Position numbers and translations under genes: made by a program. Shown in pieces: positions 37,560 through 49,690 of a DNA stretch of 64,000 nt. The notes below the pieces were generated by a model. It had not been told where the DNA came from and searched no databases. It saw only the letters and a program-made list of their open reading frames with translations. Source of the DNA: Octopus bimaculoides. Lineage: Eukaryota. Position 1 is the stretch's first letter. Each line of letters starts with the position of its first letter. The stretch lies in contig NC_068990.1 of NCBI RefSeq assembly GCF_001194135.2, positions 32,284,588 to 32,348,587 on the forward strand. Reading direction: 5' to 3'.

Positions 37560-38488
37560 TGTTGTTTTGAGCTGAGTGGGGGTGCTAGATTCCCTTGTTC
37601 GAAAATATAAGGACACAAATTGTATCGTATAGCCAGCTGAAGATGATGTCTCCTGGGGTTAAATTACAGCAACATCCATCCTAAACCAGGACTGCCATGT
37701 TATGTTGGCAAAAATCTTTACTCCAAAGAACTGTTGCTGAATATATCTCGTTGTGAGATTTAAAAATAGTAATTTTCTAAACATAACTAGTCCGGGAACT
37801 TTTTGATACTGCCTCAATATGTAGAAGTTATCTAGATGGGTTTAATAGGGGCTACCATGAGTCTGTTTATTTGGAACTGATGTAGTCATTGTTGTAATGT
37901 CAGAGTACTTATGCATGAGGGGGTTAGCTGGGATGTAAGGCAGTAGAATGAGATGACAGAAGTTTGAGACATATAGACAAATGCTGTATGCCTGAAAAAT
38001 TTCCAAGCTATGTTGATAACAAGGTCAAACATTAAATAATGCTGATTATGAGAAATATAAACAACTGGTTCAAACAGAAAATGCTTCTGTCTGCCTCTTG
38101 TCTTTCCTTTTCTTTTCTGTTGTTATTGCTGCTATTTTGTGTAACTATCAGATAGAGATATCTGTGGAAAAGCTGAGAGAGATTGTTGTTTTGCAACACA
38201 GTAATGCCCAAGGTACTCTCACTTTCAAGGTCTTTCATCGCATTCCTACATCAACAACAAAAACTTTTTCAATAATAAGCAAAGAAATTCTTGATCAGCT
38301 GGCATTATTGGCAGGAATGTGGTAGATTAGAGGACCCAGTCACAGTTGGCAGGCTTTAGATATAAAAGGAAAAAAGACATGTATAGTATATGTGACTGTT
38401 GATATTTAGAGGGAGTATAAATAGTATGTATGACTATGAACATATTTAGAGTATGTAATAACTGACTGATATATGTATATTGATGTGC

Positions 38489-38577
<89 letters not shown>

Positions 38578-39980
38578 TATATATATATATAATATATATA
38601 TCATTGACTCATATGTTTATAATTGGTGTAGTAGACTATTCTTCAAATAAAAACCACTGTGTTTTAATGTCTCAAATATGCTTAAGCTGCCTTATAAGTT
38701 TGCTGTGCACACTGTGAAATAGTATGTCTGGTTTAAAACCATCAGTAAAAAAAAAGAAGGAAAATAATAGCAAAGTATAGGAAAATTCTAGCAATGGTGC
38801 AAGTTGAAACCAAAGTAAATTGAATTTAAAGAAAAGCTGTTGAAGTTATTTACAATCTTTTTGTACATTCGTTTTTGTTTTGTTTTATTTTTGTGTCCTT
38901 CAAATCCCTGAAATGACAAAAAAAAAAAAAAGAAAAATAATAAATTAACTAAATAAATAACAATAAAACAGAAAACAAAAAAAAAATTATTTATTGCTTT
39001 TTAGTTTTATTTTTGTGTTAGGATTTATTCTTTTATTTTCTGATAAATTATTGTCTGCTTAAAAATAGTGGAAAATGTGATTTATAGCCAAATTATTAAG
39101 ACGTCAAATTGCCTGGAAATGATGGGGAGAAAAGTCAGGTGATTCTATCTGCACTCACTGAAGTTAAAGCATTTTCAATTCGTTTATTCTCTGTAGCTTT
39201 CTGGCTGGATGGCTTTTCTTTTAGCTGTGTTGGGGTATTAGAACACTGCTGCATAAGATATTACTCTGATGTCGTTAGGTCTGTAGCCGAAAGAGTAAAT
39301 AGTTTGCATAAATCTCTTCCACATCACACTTGTCTGACACATCAAAATAACATTAGTTTCCCCTTATTTAGCTTTTCTTCCATTATTTTTTATCTTTTCC
39401 TTTTTTGTGAGCATTAAATTATTTGTAAGACACAAATATATGAAAATAATAATACACTTGCAGTTTTATATTGATTTCTCTTTGTCTCAGCTAAGAACCC
39501 CTCTTTTTTTTTTTTTTTTTTTCTATGCGAAGTGTTATAGTTGAGATAATTGCTTGGTTGTTAAATATTTTATCAACCCTTAGAGGGAGATTTAACCCCA
39601 GCATAGTTGAACCTAAAAAAAAATTACAGCATCAAACACTGTAAGAAATAAAAAAAATATCTAATTTTTCTATCTGTTTGTTAGCCATTATTGCTGCTAT
39701 AGTGAGTCAATAATGATGTGGGGTACAGAATATGTGAAAATGTATCAATAAATGACAAAGATAGGATACTTTTGGAGTCACTTGACATTCCATTGTTACT
39801 TTGCCATTCTTACATTCCATTGTCAGCTGTGTTTTCCTGAAACTTCTCTATTTTTCTTTACTTCACATCTGCTGTTGATGTTATCAGTATAACCGTTCTG
39901 TGACACAAATCACAGAAAGGCATGAAAGCTTCGATGTCTTTGCGAGCAGATAATTAATGATCGTCAACAAACATACTCCA

Positions 39981-40014
<34 letters not shown>

Positions 40015-40311
40015 CCAGCACTGTAGTGTTATTTGTGTTAGGAAGAACAACTGAGATGCATTAACATACTACCAAAATTCATGATATACTAAGACCGTTT
40101 GCATTAAAACTTTCTCTAAAAATACACAGAAGCAGAATTTCTTCAGAAAATAAGTTGAAGAAATGGATTTCTCTTAGTTCACACCATTACCCATTCAATC
40201 ACTCCATCTCCCTTTCTATCACTTCTTCATAGATTGATTTATCCTGACATAAAGACTTTGATGTTGCTTGAATTTCTGCATAAAATGTGAAACCAGTGTG
40301 TCATCAGTAAA

Positions 40312-40313
<2 letters not shown>

Positions 40314-40343
<30 letters not shown>

Positions 40344-40507
40344 CTTCTTCTTCTTCTTCTTCTTCTTCTTCTTCTTCTTCTTCTTCTTCTTCTTCTTCTT
40401 CTTCTTCTTCTTCTTCTTCTTCTTCTTCTTCTTCTTCTTCTTCTTCTTCTTCTTCTTCTTCTTCTTCTTCTTCTTCTTCTTCTTCTTCTTCTTCTTCTTC
40501 TTCTTCT
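40314..40507. repeat. Perfect (CTT)n tract, about 64 units
   Basis: Seen directly; it produces the poly-S, poly-K and poly-R ORFs. Confidence 0.98.
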
Positions 40508-41049
40508 CATGCACCTTCACTCTGTCAAATGTAATGCTTATTCATTCAAAATGTCTTGGATTAATCATGCATTGTCTCATAGCATTGAGATTTTGGTGAT
40601 GTGATTGTATACTCTTTGAATGACATTGTAGGGTAGATGTGAGAGGTCAGATCTGACCAATTTAACATAAAGCAGGTAGAATATTTGGGCTGGATGTGTC
40701 TGGTTTAAATGCTAAGGTGTTAATAGGTTGTCTGACTGATTGACAAAGTCCCATTCATCAACACATTACAGTTTCTGATCTAAATGTGTTGTGTCCTCTC
40801 TACTTACCTATTCTACCACTGCTGCAGCAGCATCTGCTTCTCTGAATCAGTTGCATATCACCTCCTCCCAATTTATTTTTCTTGGGGGGGGTCACTCCTA
40901 CTGTATCTCACCTATCAGTCACCACACTAACTGTTTCATTTAACACCCTCTCCCCTGAATATCAAGCCTCTGGAATTCTATCCTACTTTAGTTTTCTTCT
41001 TGGTATCAGTTTATAGATGTTCCATCTGAATACCAACTATATTGACTAT

Positions 41050-41510
41050 AGCTGCGTGAAAAAGTGCCACACCCTAACAGTTGAGGGAACCCGTGGAAGA
41101 GGTAGGCCCAGGAAGACCTGGGCTGAGGTGGTGAGGCAAGACCTTCGTACATTGGGCCTCACCGAGGCGATGACTACTGACCGAGACCTTTNNNNNNNNN
41201 NNNNNNNNNNNNNNNNNNNNNNNNNNNNNNNNNNNNNNNNNNNNNNNNNNNNNNNNNNNNNNNNNNGTGCGGGTGGCACATAAAAGACACCATTTTGAGC
41301 GTGGCCGTTTTCGTGCGGGTGACACGTAAAAGCACCCACTACACTCTCTGAGTGGTTGGCGTTAGGAAGGGCATCCAGCTGTAGAAACTCTGCCAAATTA
41401 GACTGGAGCCTGGTGTTGCCATCCGGTTTCACCAGTCCTCAGTCAAATCGTCCAACCCATGCTAGCATGGAAAGCGGACGTTAAACGATGATGATGATGA
41501 TGATGATGAT
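41050..41510 (+). mobile_element. 5'-truncated RTE-clade LINE: RT C-terminus, 3' UTR and (GAT)n tail
   Basis: KKCHTLTVEGTRGRGRPRKTWAEVVRQDLRTLGLTEAMTTDRDL (GRGRPRKTW is typical of RTE ORF2 ends), an N-gap, then the 3' UTR ending GTTAAACGATGATGATG. Decayed copies of this 3' UTR lie at about 10271-10480 (-), 13860-14015, 17280-17465, 34770-34930, 45953-46180 (-) and 53465-53685. Confidence 0.88.
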
Positions 41511-42896
41511 TGACCTTTCCAGTCTCAGAGGTTATTCAAAGGTCACGAGTGCTGCTCCTCTTCTAGTTGGAGCCATAATAAAATATATTGTATACATCTG
41601 CTGTACAAAGAAGTTTGAAGACAGAATGTTCAGTCTATTGAGTGGTTAATATTAAAATGGCTGTCATTGTGATGCTCTCTATCTACTCCATATCACACAA
41701 AACATCTAAACTGTTCCTGTACATATTCCATATGTCCTTTGTAAATCTGATGTGGTTTCATCATGATGTGTAATGACAAATCAGACATTGTTGTACTTGA
41801 CTATGTCTAGGTTGTCAAACACCTACTACAATAAATCAGGATATTCTGAATTTGAAGACCCATTCAACCCATTAGTAGCAATAAAAATTTGGTTCGAAAA
41901 TGAAAATTTAAAAGAAAATTGCTACAAGGAATCGAATATCAGGTTTCAATGAATTGAAACATTCCTAGAATCAAAAGAATTTACTCGAACCAAAGAAAAA
42001 CATGTGTGGATTTTTTTTTTTTCTGTCACAAGGACATGGTGATTGAATAACTCTCCACATTTTAGTTTGTTTGATTTTTTTATTGGAATCACATCTCAGA
42101 TGCTTCATTTTCTCTTCTCCAATACTTGATTACCGTACTTCAAAAATCACATAAAGGCACCTGTCTCCTAGCAGAAATGTCAAAGAGTCTTATTTTTGCT
42201 GCGAGACATCCATAATTCTGTTTTGTAAAAAAAAAAATTTTTCTCCTTTTAAGTCTCTTTCATTTAACTTTGGCTTTGAAGATTTAACATGATAGAGAAC
42301 TGCATTTTTCAAGTTTCATTCTTCAGAAAACATTTCCAACATATCTAAACTTCATAATTTTCATTTCACAACAACATTTGTTTGTTGTTTGATTACATTG
42401 ACAATTAAGAAAATTGATGCTTCCAAAGTATTTTTTTCCATTTTTTTTTTCATTTCATAATAGTAGACTATCTGCTTTAGATTTATTTGTGAAACAGTAA
42501 CAAGGTGTCTGATATGTTGTCAGTAACTTTTGTTGATATGTGATCAGATAACATCACACTATTATAATTGACCATTTATTATTAGAGCTAAGCTCTATAA
42601 GTATGAGTAACACATGGACTTTAATTAATTATTCCACTTTCTAAACTGATCAAGTGCTTGTCTAATTATAAATAATCCATACCTTCTACAAAGACTGAAG
42701 TGAAATATTCAGGATGGTTGCCATGTACTAGATTGATGCTGACCAAATTGCCAGCATTTGTATGATTCAATATCTTCTGTATGTGCATTTGTATTTCTCT
42801 GTCTGTCTGTTTGCCTCTCTCTCTCTCTCTCATATGCACACATGCACATTACCCTTTCCCTCATTGTCTTTTGTGTGTGTGTGTATTCACCTGTGT

Positions 42897-43280
42897 GGAG
42901 GTGCAATGGCCCAGTGGTTAGGGCAGCGGACTCGCGGTCATAGGATCGCGGTTTTGATTCTCAGACCGGGTGTTGTGAGTGTTTATTGAGCGAAAACACC
43001 TAAAAGCTCCATGAGGCTCCGGCAGGGGATGGTGGCGAACCCTGCTGTACTCTTCCACCACAACTTTCTCTTACTTCCTGTTTCTGTTGTGCCTGTAATT
43101 CAAAGGGTCAGTTTTGTCACACTGTGTCATGCTGAATATCCCCGAGAACTACGTTAAGGGTATATGTGTCTGTGGAGTGCTCAGCCACTTGCACATTAAT
43201 TTCACGAGCAGGCTGTTCCGTTGATCGGATCAACTGGAACCCTCGACGTCGTAAGCGACGGAGTGCCAACAACAACAACA
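42897..43280 (+). mobile_element. tRNA-headed SINE, family A
   Basis: GGAGGTGCAATGGCCCAGTGGTTAGGGCAGCGGACTCGCGG...GGAGTGCCAACAACAAC; same family as 54358. Confidence 0.9.
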
Positions 43281-44281
43281 GCGTAGTCACCTGTAAACTA
43301 TCTCTTACGTACACATACAACCATACACACATGCATTCTGCTGCTAGGTATAATTTTTCTCTTTCCCATCCCACTCACACTTCACATGGTCAGTGCAAGA
43401 ATGATGTGTAAAATCTCAGCAGCTCTTTAGTTTTGCTATTCTCAAACCTGTATTTGAAAGTCTTTAAATATGTGAATTCCATCTAATAAAGTTTTCTGGT
43501 TGGTGGATGCCTCCGAGAAAGAATATTGTTTGTAAATGTGAACCGGCTTCCTTAGCTGTTATCACATCACTGGAGTTTGGAATATACTGAGAAAGTATAC
43601 TGCAAAACAAAGTGACCACATCTATCTACCACTCTCCTCTGGCTCTGTAACTTATTGCATTATAGAGCATTATAGATTTATTTAGAATTATTGCATTATA
43701 GATTTATTTAGAAAAAATATTGACTGCTGGTGTAGCTAGGTTTCTAGGTTTGTCTATATGTTACTCGTAACCTTTTGATTGGTGACATCCAAAGTAGGTA
43801 GACTCTCCCCCAGATACAATAAAATACATATTTAATGTTATCTTAAAACCATTTGGGGAATAATAGAGAAATATGTTAGATCATCAAAGTTTGATGTCTT
43901 TCAGGTTCAATGTGCATTCAAAACTGCATGCTTGGAATTAGATCTCATACAGCATAAAAACAGCCTCAGTCATCTGCTGTAAAATTGACTATAAGAAAAA
44001 TTATATATAACATATCATATAGTGTATATATATATATATATATATNNNNNNNNNNNNNNNNNNNNNNNNNNNNNNNNNNNNNNNNNNNNNNNNNNNNNNN
44101 NNNNNNNNNNNNNNNNNNNNNNNNNNNNNNNNNNNNNNNNNNNNNNNNNNNNNNNNNNNNNNNNNNNNNNNNNNNNNNNNNNNNNNNNNNNNNNNNNNNN
44201 NNNNNNNNNNNNNNNNNNNNNNNNNNNNNNNNNNNNNNNNNNNNNNNNNNNNNNNNNNNNNNNNNNNNNNNNNNNNNNNNN

Positions 44282-44325
<44 letters not shown>

Positions 44326-44897
44326 TAGGCTTGTTCACAGGTATGTTATTCTGACGTTTCCATGGCAATCTTCTGCTTCTTTAGATTAGTGAAAATGTGT
44401 CCAGATCACTAGACTAGCCTAAACAGTACTCTGTTGAGTGCTTCTTCTTTGGATCATTACTTGACAAATACATACGCACAATAAGAATATATGTTCTGTG
44501 TAAGTTGTCTGAAATGAAAATGAAGAAACAAAAAAGAGAAGAAATGAATGTGTTGGGAAGGTTGTATGAATATTTTCTCTTCTATTATTACGTTTAATAC
44601 AGATGTTTACAACTATTCAGTATCATACTGAATCTGATGTTTACAGGAAATTTAGGATTGAGCGAAATTGGTGCAGTTCATTATTTTGGTGATTCTTGAG
44701 AAAAGTGAATCCTGCTGGGTAACCAAGATAGGGCCAATATGTACATTGATATTCCATGTGTTTGTACATACCTGCATGTATTTGTCTCTGTTAATACTAA
44801 CTTGTCTATTGTTTTTGTGGCTATCATCACTGAAGTATTTAATCTCTGAACAGTTCTATTTCTTTGCACAAATAAATATATATTTAATAAGTAATTT

Positions 44898-45155
44898 AAA
44901 ATAAATAAATGCACCCTTTTAAAGCATAGCCAGGCTCATGGGCCCGGTTTCCCGGTTTCAATGGCGTATGTGTTCCCCAGCTGGACGGGACGCCAGTCCA
45001 TCGCAGCATTACTCATTTTTGCCAGCTGAGTGGACTGGAACAACGTGAAATGAAGTGTTTTGCTCAAGAACACAATGCGCCACCCGGCCCAGGTATCGAA
45101 ACCACAATCTTATGATCATGGTGCTGACACCCTAACCACTAGGCCACACGCCTCC
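44898..45155 (-). mobile_element. CORE-type SINE, family B, tail type 2
   Basis: Same head and CORE as 62435 but a different 3' part (CTGCGATGGACTGGCGTCCCGTCCAGCTGGGG...); TSD AATAAGTAATTT at 44886-97 and 45159-70. Confidence 0.8.
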
Positions 45156-46911
45156 ACAAATAAGTAATTTTGTAAGGGCAATGACTGAAAGTTATGTCCA
45201 GTGAGGGTATCCATATTTTGTCTCCCTTATTTTCAATCCTCGTATCTTTCCTCTTCTCCCTCACATACCTCTCTCCCTCTTGTCACTTCTTTGTCTTCTG
45301 TTACGCTAAAATCACATCTTTATCACTCTGTTGATTCTCTCATCCCTTCCTCCTATCTCTGTTCCTCCCCATCTTTCCTTTCTCATTTTCTAGTCATGAT
45401 TATTTCCTTATTTTTCACATTTTCCTCCCCATCTCTCTTTTACATTTCTCGCATCTCAACCACCACCACCACCACCACCACCACATTTCATCTAATACCC
45501 CAGCATGTCTATCACTACCACCACATTCTAACACTTCCACCCTTATTGCTCTTGAACAAGAAAAGTGTTTTCACTTCTGACTTCATGAAATTTCCCTAAC
45601 GTCTTCCACTATGATCAATTATGAGGTGAAACCTGTTTACAATCAATCTTATTGATAAGTCCCTCTGTATTAGTGATTCAAAGACTAAGATGTATGGCAT
45701 TGTCATTTCATTCCAAGACCACCCGACCTTGATTCATGAGGCTTGAATAATTGGCAATGTGAACTAACTTAAATGTCATCATGTTGCAGCCAGTGCATCT
45801 AGTTTGGAATATTGCTTCAGTTGCCAGTTGGTGCATATCAAAGGCTTTTTTTTTGTCTCCTGCTCTCTCCTTTTCACTACTTTATCCCTTTATGTCTACC
45901 TGTCTCTCTGTCTTTCTCCTTGTGTGTGTGTGTGTGTGTGTGTGTGTTTATATCATCATCATCATCATCATCATCATCTAACTGCACTTTCATGGGTTGG
46001 ATGGTTCAACAGAATAAAATAAATTGGAGGATTATGCCATACTCCAATGTCAATTTTGGCATGGTTTCTGCAGATGAATACCCTTCTTAACACCAACCAC
46101 TTTACAGAGTCTGCTGGGTGTTTTTTTTTCTTTTTTCTTTTGTGGCACTAGCACTAGTGGGGTCACCTTGTAACTTGTACAAAACTAAGGGCTTAAACTG
46201 GCCTCTATAACAGAAGAGAGTGTGGTGATTTTTAATGGGTTAATAAGGGAGTTTGATGATGAGAGGAACAGGTTTAAGGTTGAATGAGTAATAAAGCAGG
46301 CACTATTAGTGGAGGGATTATGGAAGGGTTAAATAAGGGATTAGTGTCAAAAGTTAATGAGATGGGGAGGGATACAATTGCAAAATGATTGTGGGTTGTG
46401 TAGGGTGGCTCTAGGGAAATCCTACATTATAAGGGCAAATATAGTTGAGAGATGTGAGGGAAAGGGGATCAAGAAGGGGAAGTAGATGAGGGTGGTAAAG
46501 AACATTGAAGGAAAGAGAAATGAGGAGATCATGGGTAGAGAGATGAGAGAGTGTTATGGAGGAGGCAAGAAGGGAGAAATAAGGGTAATAAGAGAGTGAA
46601 ATGGGGAAGGGGATAGGGAAGCAGTGTGTGGTGGGGGGGAGAGTGCTGTGAGAGCAGTGAAGAAAACAGGTTGAAGGGTACTGTAGAGGTAGTGATAGGG
46701 GTGGGGGTAGAAGAGAGTGAGTCTGACTACAGACAAAGTATCCTAGTTGGGGAGGTTGTGTTGAGATGATGATTACAAATATTGGTCNNNNNNNNNNNNN
46801 NNNNNNNNNNNNNNNNNNNNNNNNNNNNNNNNNNNNACAATAAGAGCAGTGAAAGCACCCTAGAAGTTTAAGGGCAGTTAGTGAGGTGTTGGATGACAAT
46901 AGAAGTGACCC

Positions 46912-46953
<42 letters not shown>

Positions 46954-47284
46954 ACATGATGTCTGCTGTGTGTCTTCTTTCATTTCTATTTCTTGCTGTT
47001 GGCTTAAATCCATCCTTACCTCTTTCTTTCTCCCTCTCTCCCCTTCCACTATCTCCCTCCCCTTCCCATCTACTCTCTCTCTCTCTCCTTTCCACTATCT
47101 CTCTCTCTCTCCCTTCCACTACCTTTCTCTCTTCCTTCCACTCTCTCTCTCCCCTTTTTCTGCTTTCCTCCAGTACGTTTCTTGGTTTATTCTTCTGGAG
47201 TAACAGTAGCTTTGTAGGAGAATGTGAGTGGGGCTGATTTCGTAGTGTGAAGGTGTATTACTGTCAAGTTCTATGTTTAATTAT

Positions 47285-47765
47285 TATTGTCATCAACATC
47301 ATCTCCACCATCATCCTTGTCATCGTTACCACAACCACCTTCATCAACATTATCATCAGCATTATCACTACCTTCATCATAATTACCATCATCACTATCA
47401 CCACCACCATCATCAGCAGCAGCACTATCATCATCACCACCACCACCACCACCACTACCACAACCACTACCACCACCACCACCGCCACCACCACCACCNN
47501 NNNNNNNNNNNNNNNNNNNNNNNNNNNNNNNNNNNNNNNNNNNNNNNNNNNNNNNNNNNNNNNNNNNNNNNNNNNNNNNNNNNNNNNNNNNNNNNNNNNN
47601 NNNNNNNNNNNNNNNNNNNNNNNNNNNNNNNNNNNNNNNNNNNNNNNNNNNNNNNNNNNNNNNNNNNNNNNNNNNNNNNNNNNNNNNNNNNNNNNNNNNN
47701 NNNNNNNNNNNNNNNNNNNNNNNNNNNCCTCTATCATCAGTGCCATCGCTACTGCCATCACCAAC
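47285..47765. repeat. (CAT/CAC)n low-complexity tract with a gap, ending about 30 nt before the RIC1 exon acceptor
   Basis: Seen directly; it produces the His-, Thr- and Val-rich ORFs. Confidence 0.93.
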
Positions 47766-47796
47766 CTTTTATACCATTATTTTTTCCTTCTGACAG

Positions 47797-47881
47797 CATG
47801 CCACTCTCCTTCTGGATGCCGCCCTGGACAAGAGCCAGTGGGATGTTGCCAGAGATTTGATTCGCTTCTTGAAAGCAATAG
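47797..47881 (+). CDS. RIC1: RIC1 coding exon (phase 0 to 1): [28 protein letters not shown]
   Basis: Seen: tttttccttctgacAG acceptor, 85 nt open, G|GTGAGA donor at 47882; joins the previous exon in frame (SRQ-HATLL). Recalled human RIC1: [29 protein letters not shown]. Confidence 0.92.
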
Positions 47882-48529
47882 GTGAGATTTATTACTTTTT
47901 TTTTTTCTTGCTTTTATTTTCCCATTAAAAACGGAAAAAGAAAAAAAAAAAACCGAACAGACTTTTTTAACCAGTTTTAATTAAATAGAGCAATGAGATG
48001 GTGTAAACTGGAATTGCATATACTAGTTCATCTATTAGGTCCATGACATACTTCTGTATTTAGCACTGCTTTCTGTTTTTCTATCTTTCCCATTTGTGTT
48101 GGTCAATAACTATGAAAGCACCAACACTGATTTGGAAGTTCAAGTTGATGGACGTTGGTCAGCTTTCTTTGTTGTCATTCTGTAAATCAATATTATTTCC
48201 AAGTCTGTGAGTTGTTAAAATGGAAGTCTGCTGTTGGAATTATGGCAAAAGTTAAGTAGGCTAAATTGCTATTGACAGCTCAATATAAGCATATTATGTG
48301 TACATTATGTTTTCATGTACATATATTGGACAAATATGTGTTTATATGCACTAACAGACATGTATATACATGTGTGTGTGTATGTGTGTATATATATATA
48401 TTCACACACACATACACACACATACATGTGCATGCATATCTGCATACATGTTTATATATTTATGTACATGTTGGGTGTAGTGCATATTTAATATCTGCTT
48501 TCAAAGAAAAATTTTTGGTGACTTGGTCA

Positions 48530-49210
48530 ATCTAGTTCTTGTCCAGCAGCCATCTCAGGTTGTGGAGAAGGAAGATGTTGAGATGATGTTTTTGTCTGGA
48601 ATAGATACTTGGATATTACTGTTGTAAAGCAGTGTGCTGAGAACACAAGCCCTGTAGAGTGAAGCTTCGGTTCTTCCAGACTCTTTTAGTCTACCTGACT
48701 AATATTGAGGCCACTTTTCCAATATGTCTGTTGATATCAGACTCTAGAGAGAGGTTGTCTATCATGCTAGAGCCTGGGTATGTGAACTCATGGGCTACCT
48801 CCAGCTTGTGGTTTTTGATGATATTGATAGGGGAGTGTTCACTATGTTGGTCCAATACTTTCATCATCTTCATACTGATGGCCAAGCCAAAATCATGACA
48901 AGCTCTTGTGAGTTGATAAGGTGTTGTAGTTTTTCTTTGAATGTGTTGTAAGTAGCATGTCATCTGTATCTTGTATAACTCTGAGGATTACTTCACTTAC
49001 TTTGATTTTTGCCCTCGATTAGGACAGATAGAGTAGTTTCCCATCTTGTATGGAAGAAAGTACCATCAACAGAATGGGGACAAGCATATGGCCATGTTTC
49101 ACTTTACAGATGCTGAAGCCTTCAAGGATGTGCCATAAAACTGAATGACACCTTTCATGTTTGTGTGGTGTGATTGAACAATCCTGAATAATCTTGGAGG
49201 GCACCTAATT
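48530..49210 (-). mobile_element. RTE (BovB-like) reverse transcriptase fragment
   Basis: Minus-strand remnants FGLAISMKMMKV...LEVAHEFTYPGSSMIDNLSLESDINRHIGKVASIL and EGFSICKVKHGHMLVPIL (ORF track 48691..48963 and 49019..49204). Confidence 0.82.
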
Positions 49211-49350
49211 TTGACATTGATTTTGATCATACCATCACTTCTTTAAGGGGACTGATAGGCTGTTTGAGTGCCATTACTGTTTGAGTAATGTTAGGCTGTT
49301 TGAGTGTCAGCAAAAAAATGAATTCATATACTTTTTGAAAGCACCTCATA

Positions 49351-49690
49351 ATCCAACTTTCTCCGTCAAGAACAGCACATCACTTGTTGGATAGGCTTCC
49401 TACTCTCCCGACTTGGCACCATGTGACTTCTGGCTCTTCCTCAAACTGTAAACCATGATGAAAGGGAAGTGATTTGAGTCGTGAGAGGAAGTTATGAGAA
49501 AAGTGATGGTGGAGCTCTATAGCATTCCAGAGAAGGCCTCCCAGAGGTATTACCAGCCATGGCAGAACTACAAGAAGTGTATGAACTCTCTAGGAGAGTA
49601 TTTTGAAGGTGATTAAATAAAATTCTTGAAATGTACAAAGTTGTTTTTCCCTATGCCCAAAGGTCAGATACTTTTTGAATGCACCTCATA
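49351..49690 (+). mobile_element. 3' fragment of a second mariner family with its right TIR
   Basis: SYSPDLAPCDFWLFLKL* at about 49398-49451, GEYFEGD* near 49600-49617, TIR GATACTTTTTGAATGCACCTCA then TA (49667-49690). Confidence 0.85.

Larger units (their letters stand above)
37349..37777. mobile_element. Foldback insert with divergent hammerheads (probable non-autonomous Penelope-like inverted terminal repeat), nested in the mariner
   Basis: Outer inverted repeat 37348-37419 / 37653-37724, inner inverted repeat 37436-37483 / 37513-37560, 29-nt spacer. Flanked by a 13-bp direct duplication TAAACATAACTAG (37336-48 and 37778-90). Confidence 0.7.
36064..37816 (+). mobile_element. Full-length defective mariner (Tc1/mariner, DD34D-type) DNA transposon
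   Basis: TA then TGAGGTGGTGCCAAAAAGTTCCCAGACTAGTT (36064-36095) and the imperfect inverted copy AACTAGTCCGGGAACTTTTTGATACTGCCTCA (37785-37816); transposase remnants lie between. Confidence 0.92.

Noticed and set aside
40239-40534. Poly-K, poly-S and poly-R ORFs (and the poly-I, HT/CV and His-rich ORFs elsewhere)
   Set aside because: Translations of microsatellites.
41420-41445. Minus-strand CTGAGGA-CTGGT-GAAA-CCGG in the RTE 3' UTR
   Set aside because: No stem II pairing and no U at position 16.1, so not a hammerhead.
42897-42970. tRNA-like sequences at SINE heads (also 54358, 62435, 10977)
   Set aside because: A/B boxes are present but I see no complete cloverleaf; they run straight into SINE bodies with TSDs, so they are not called tRNA genes.
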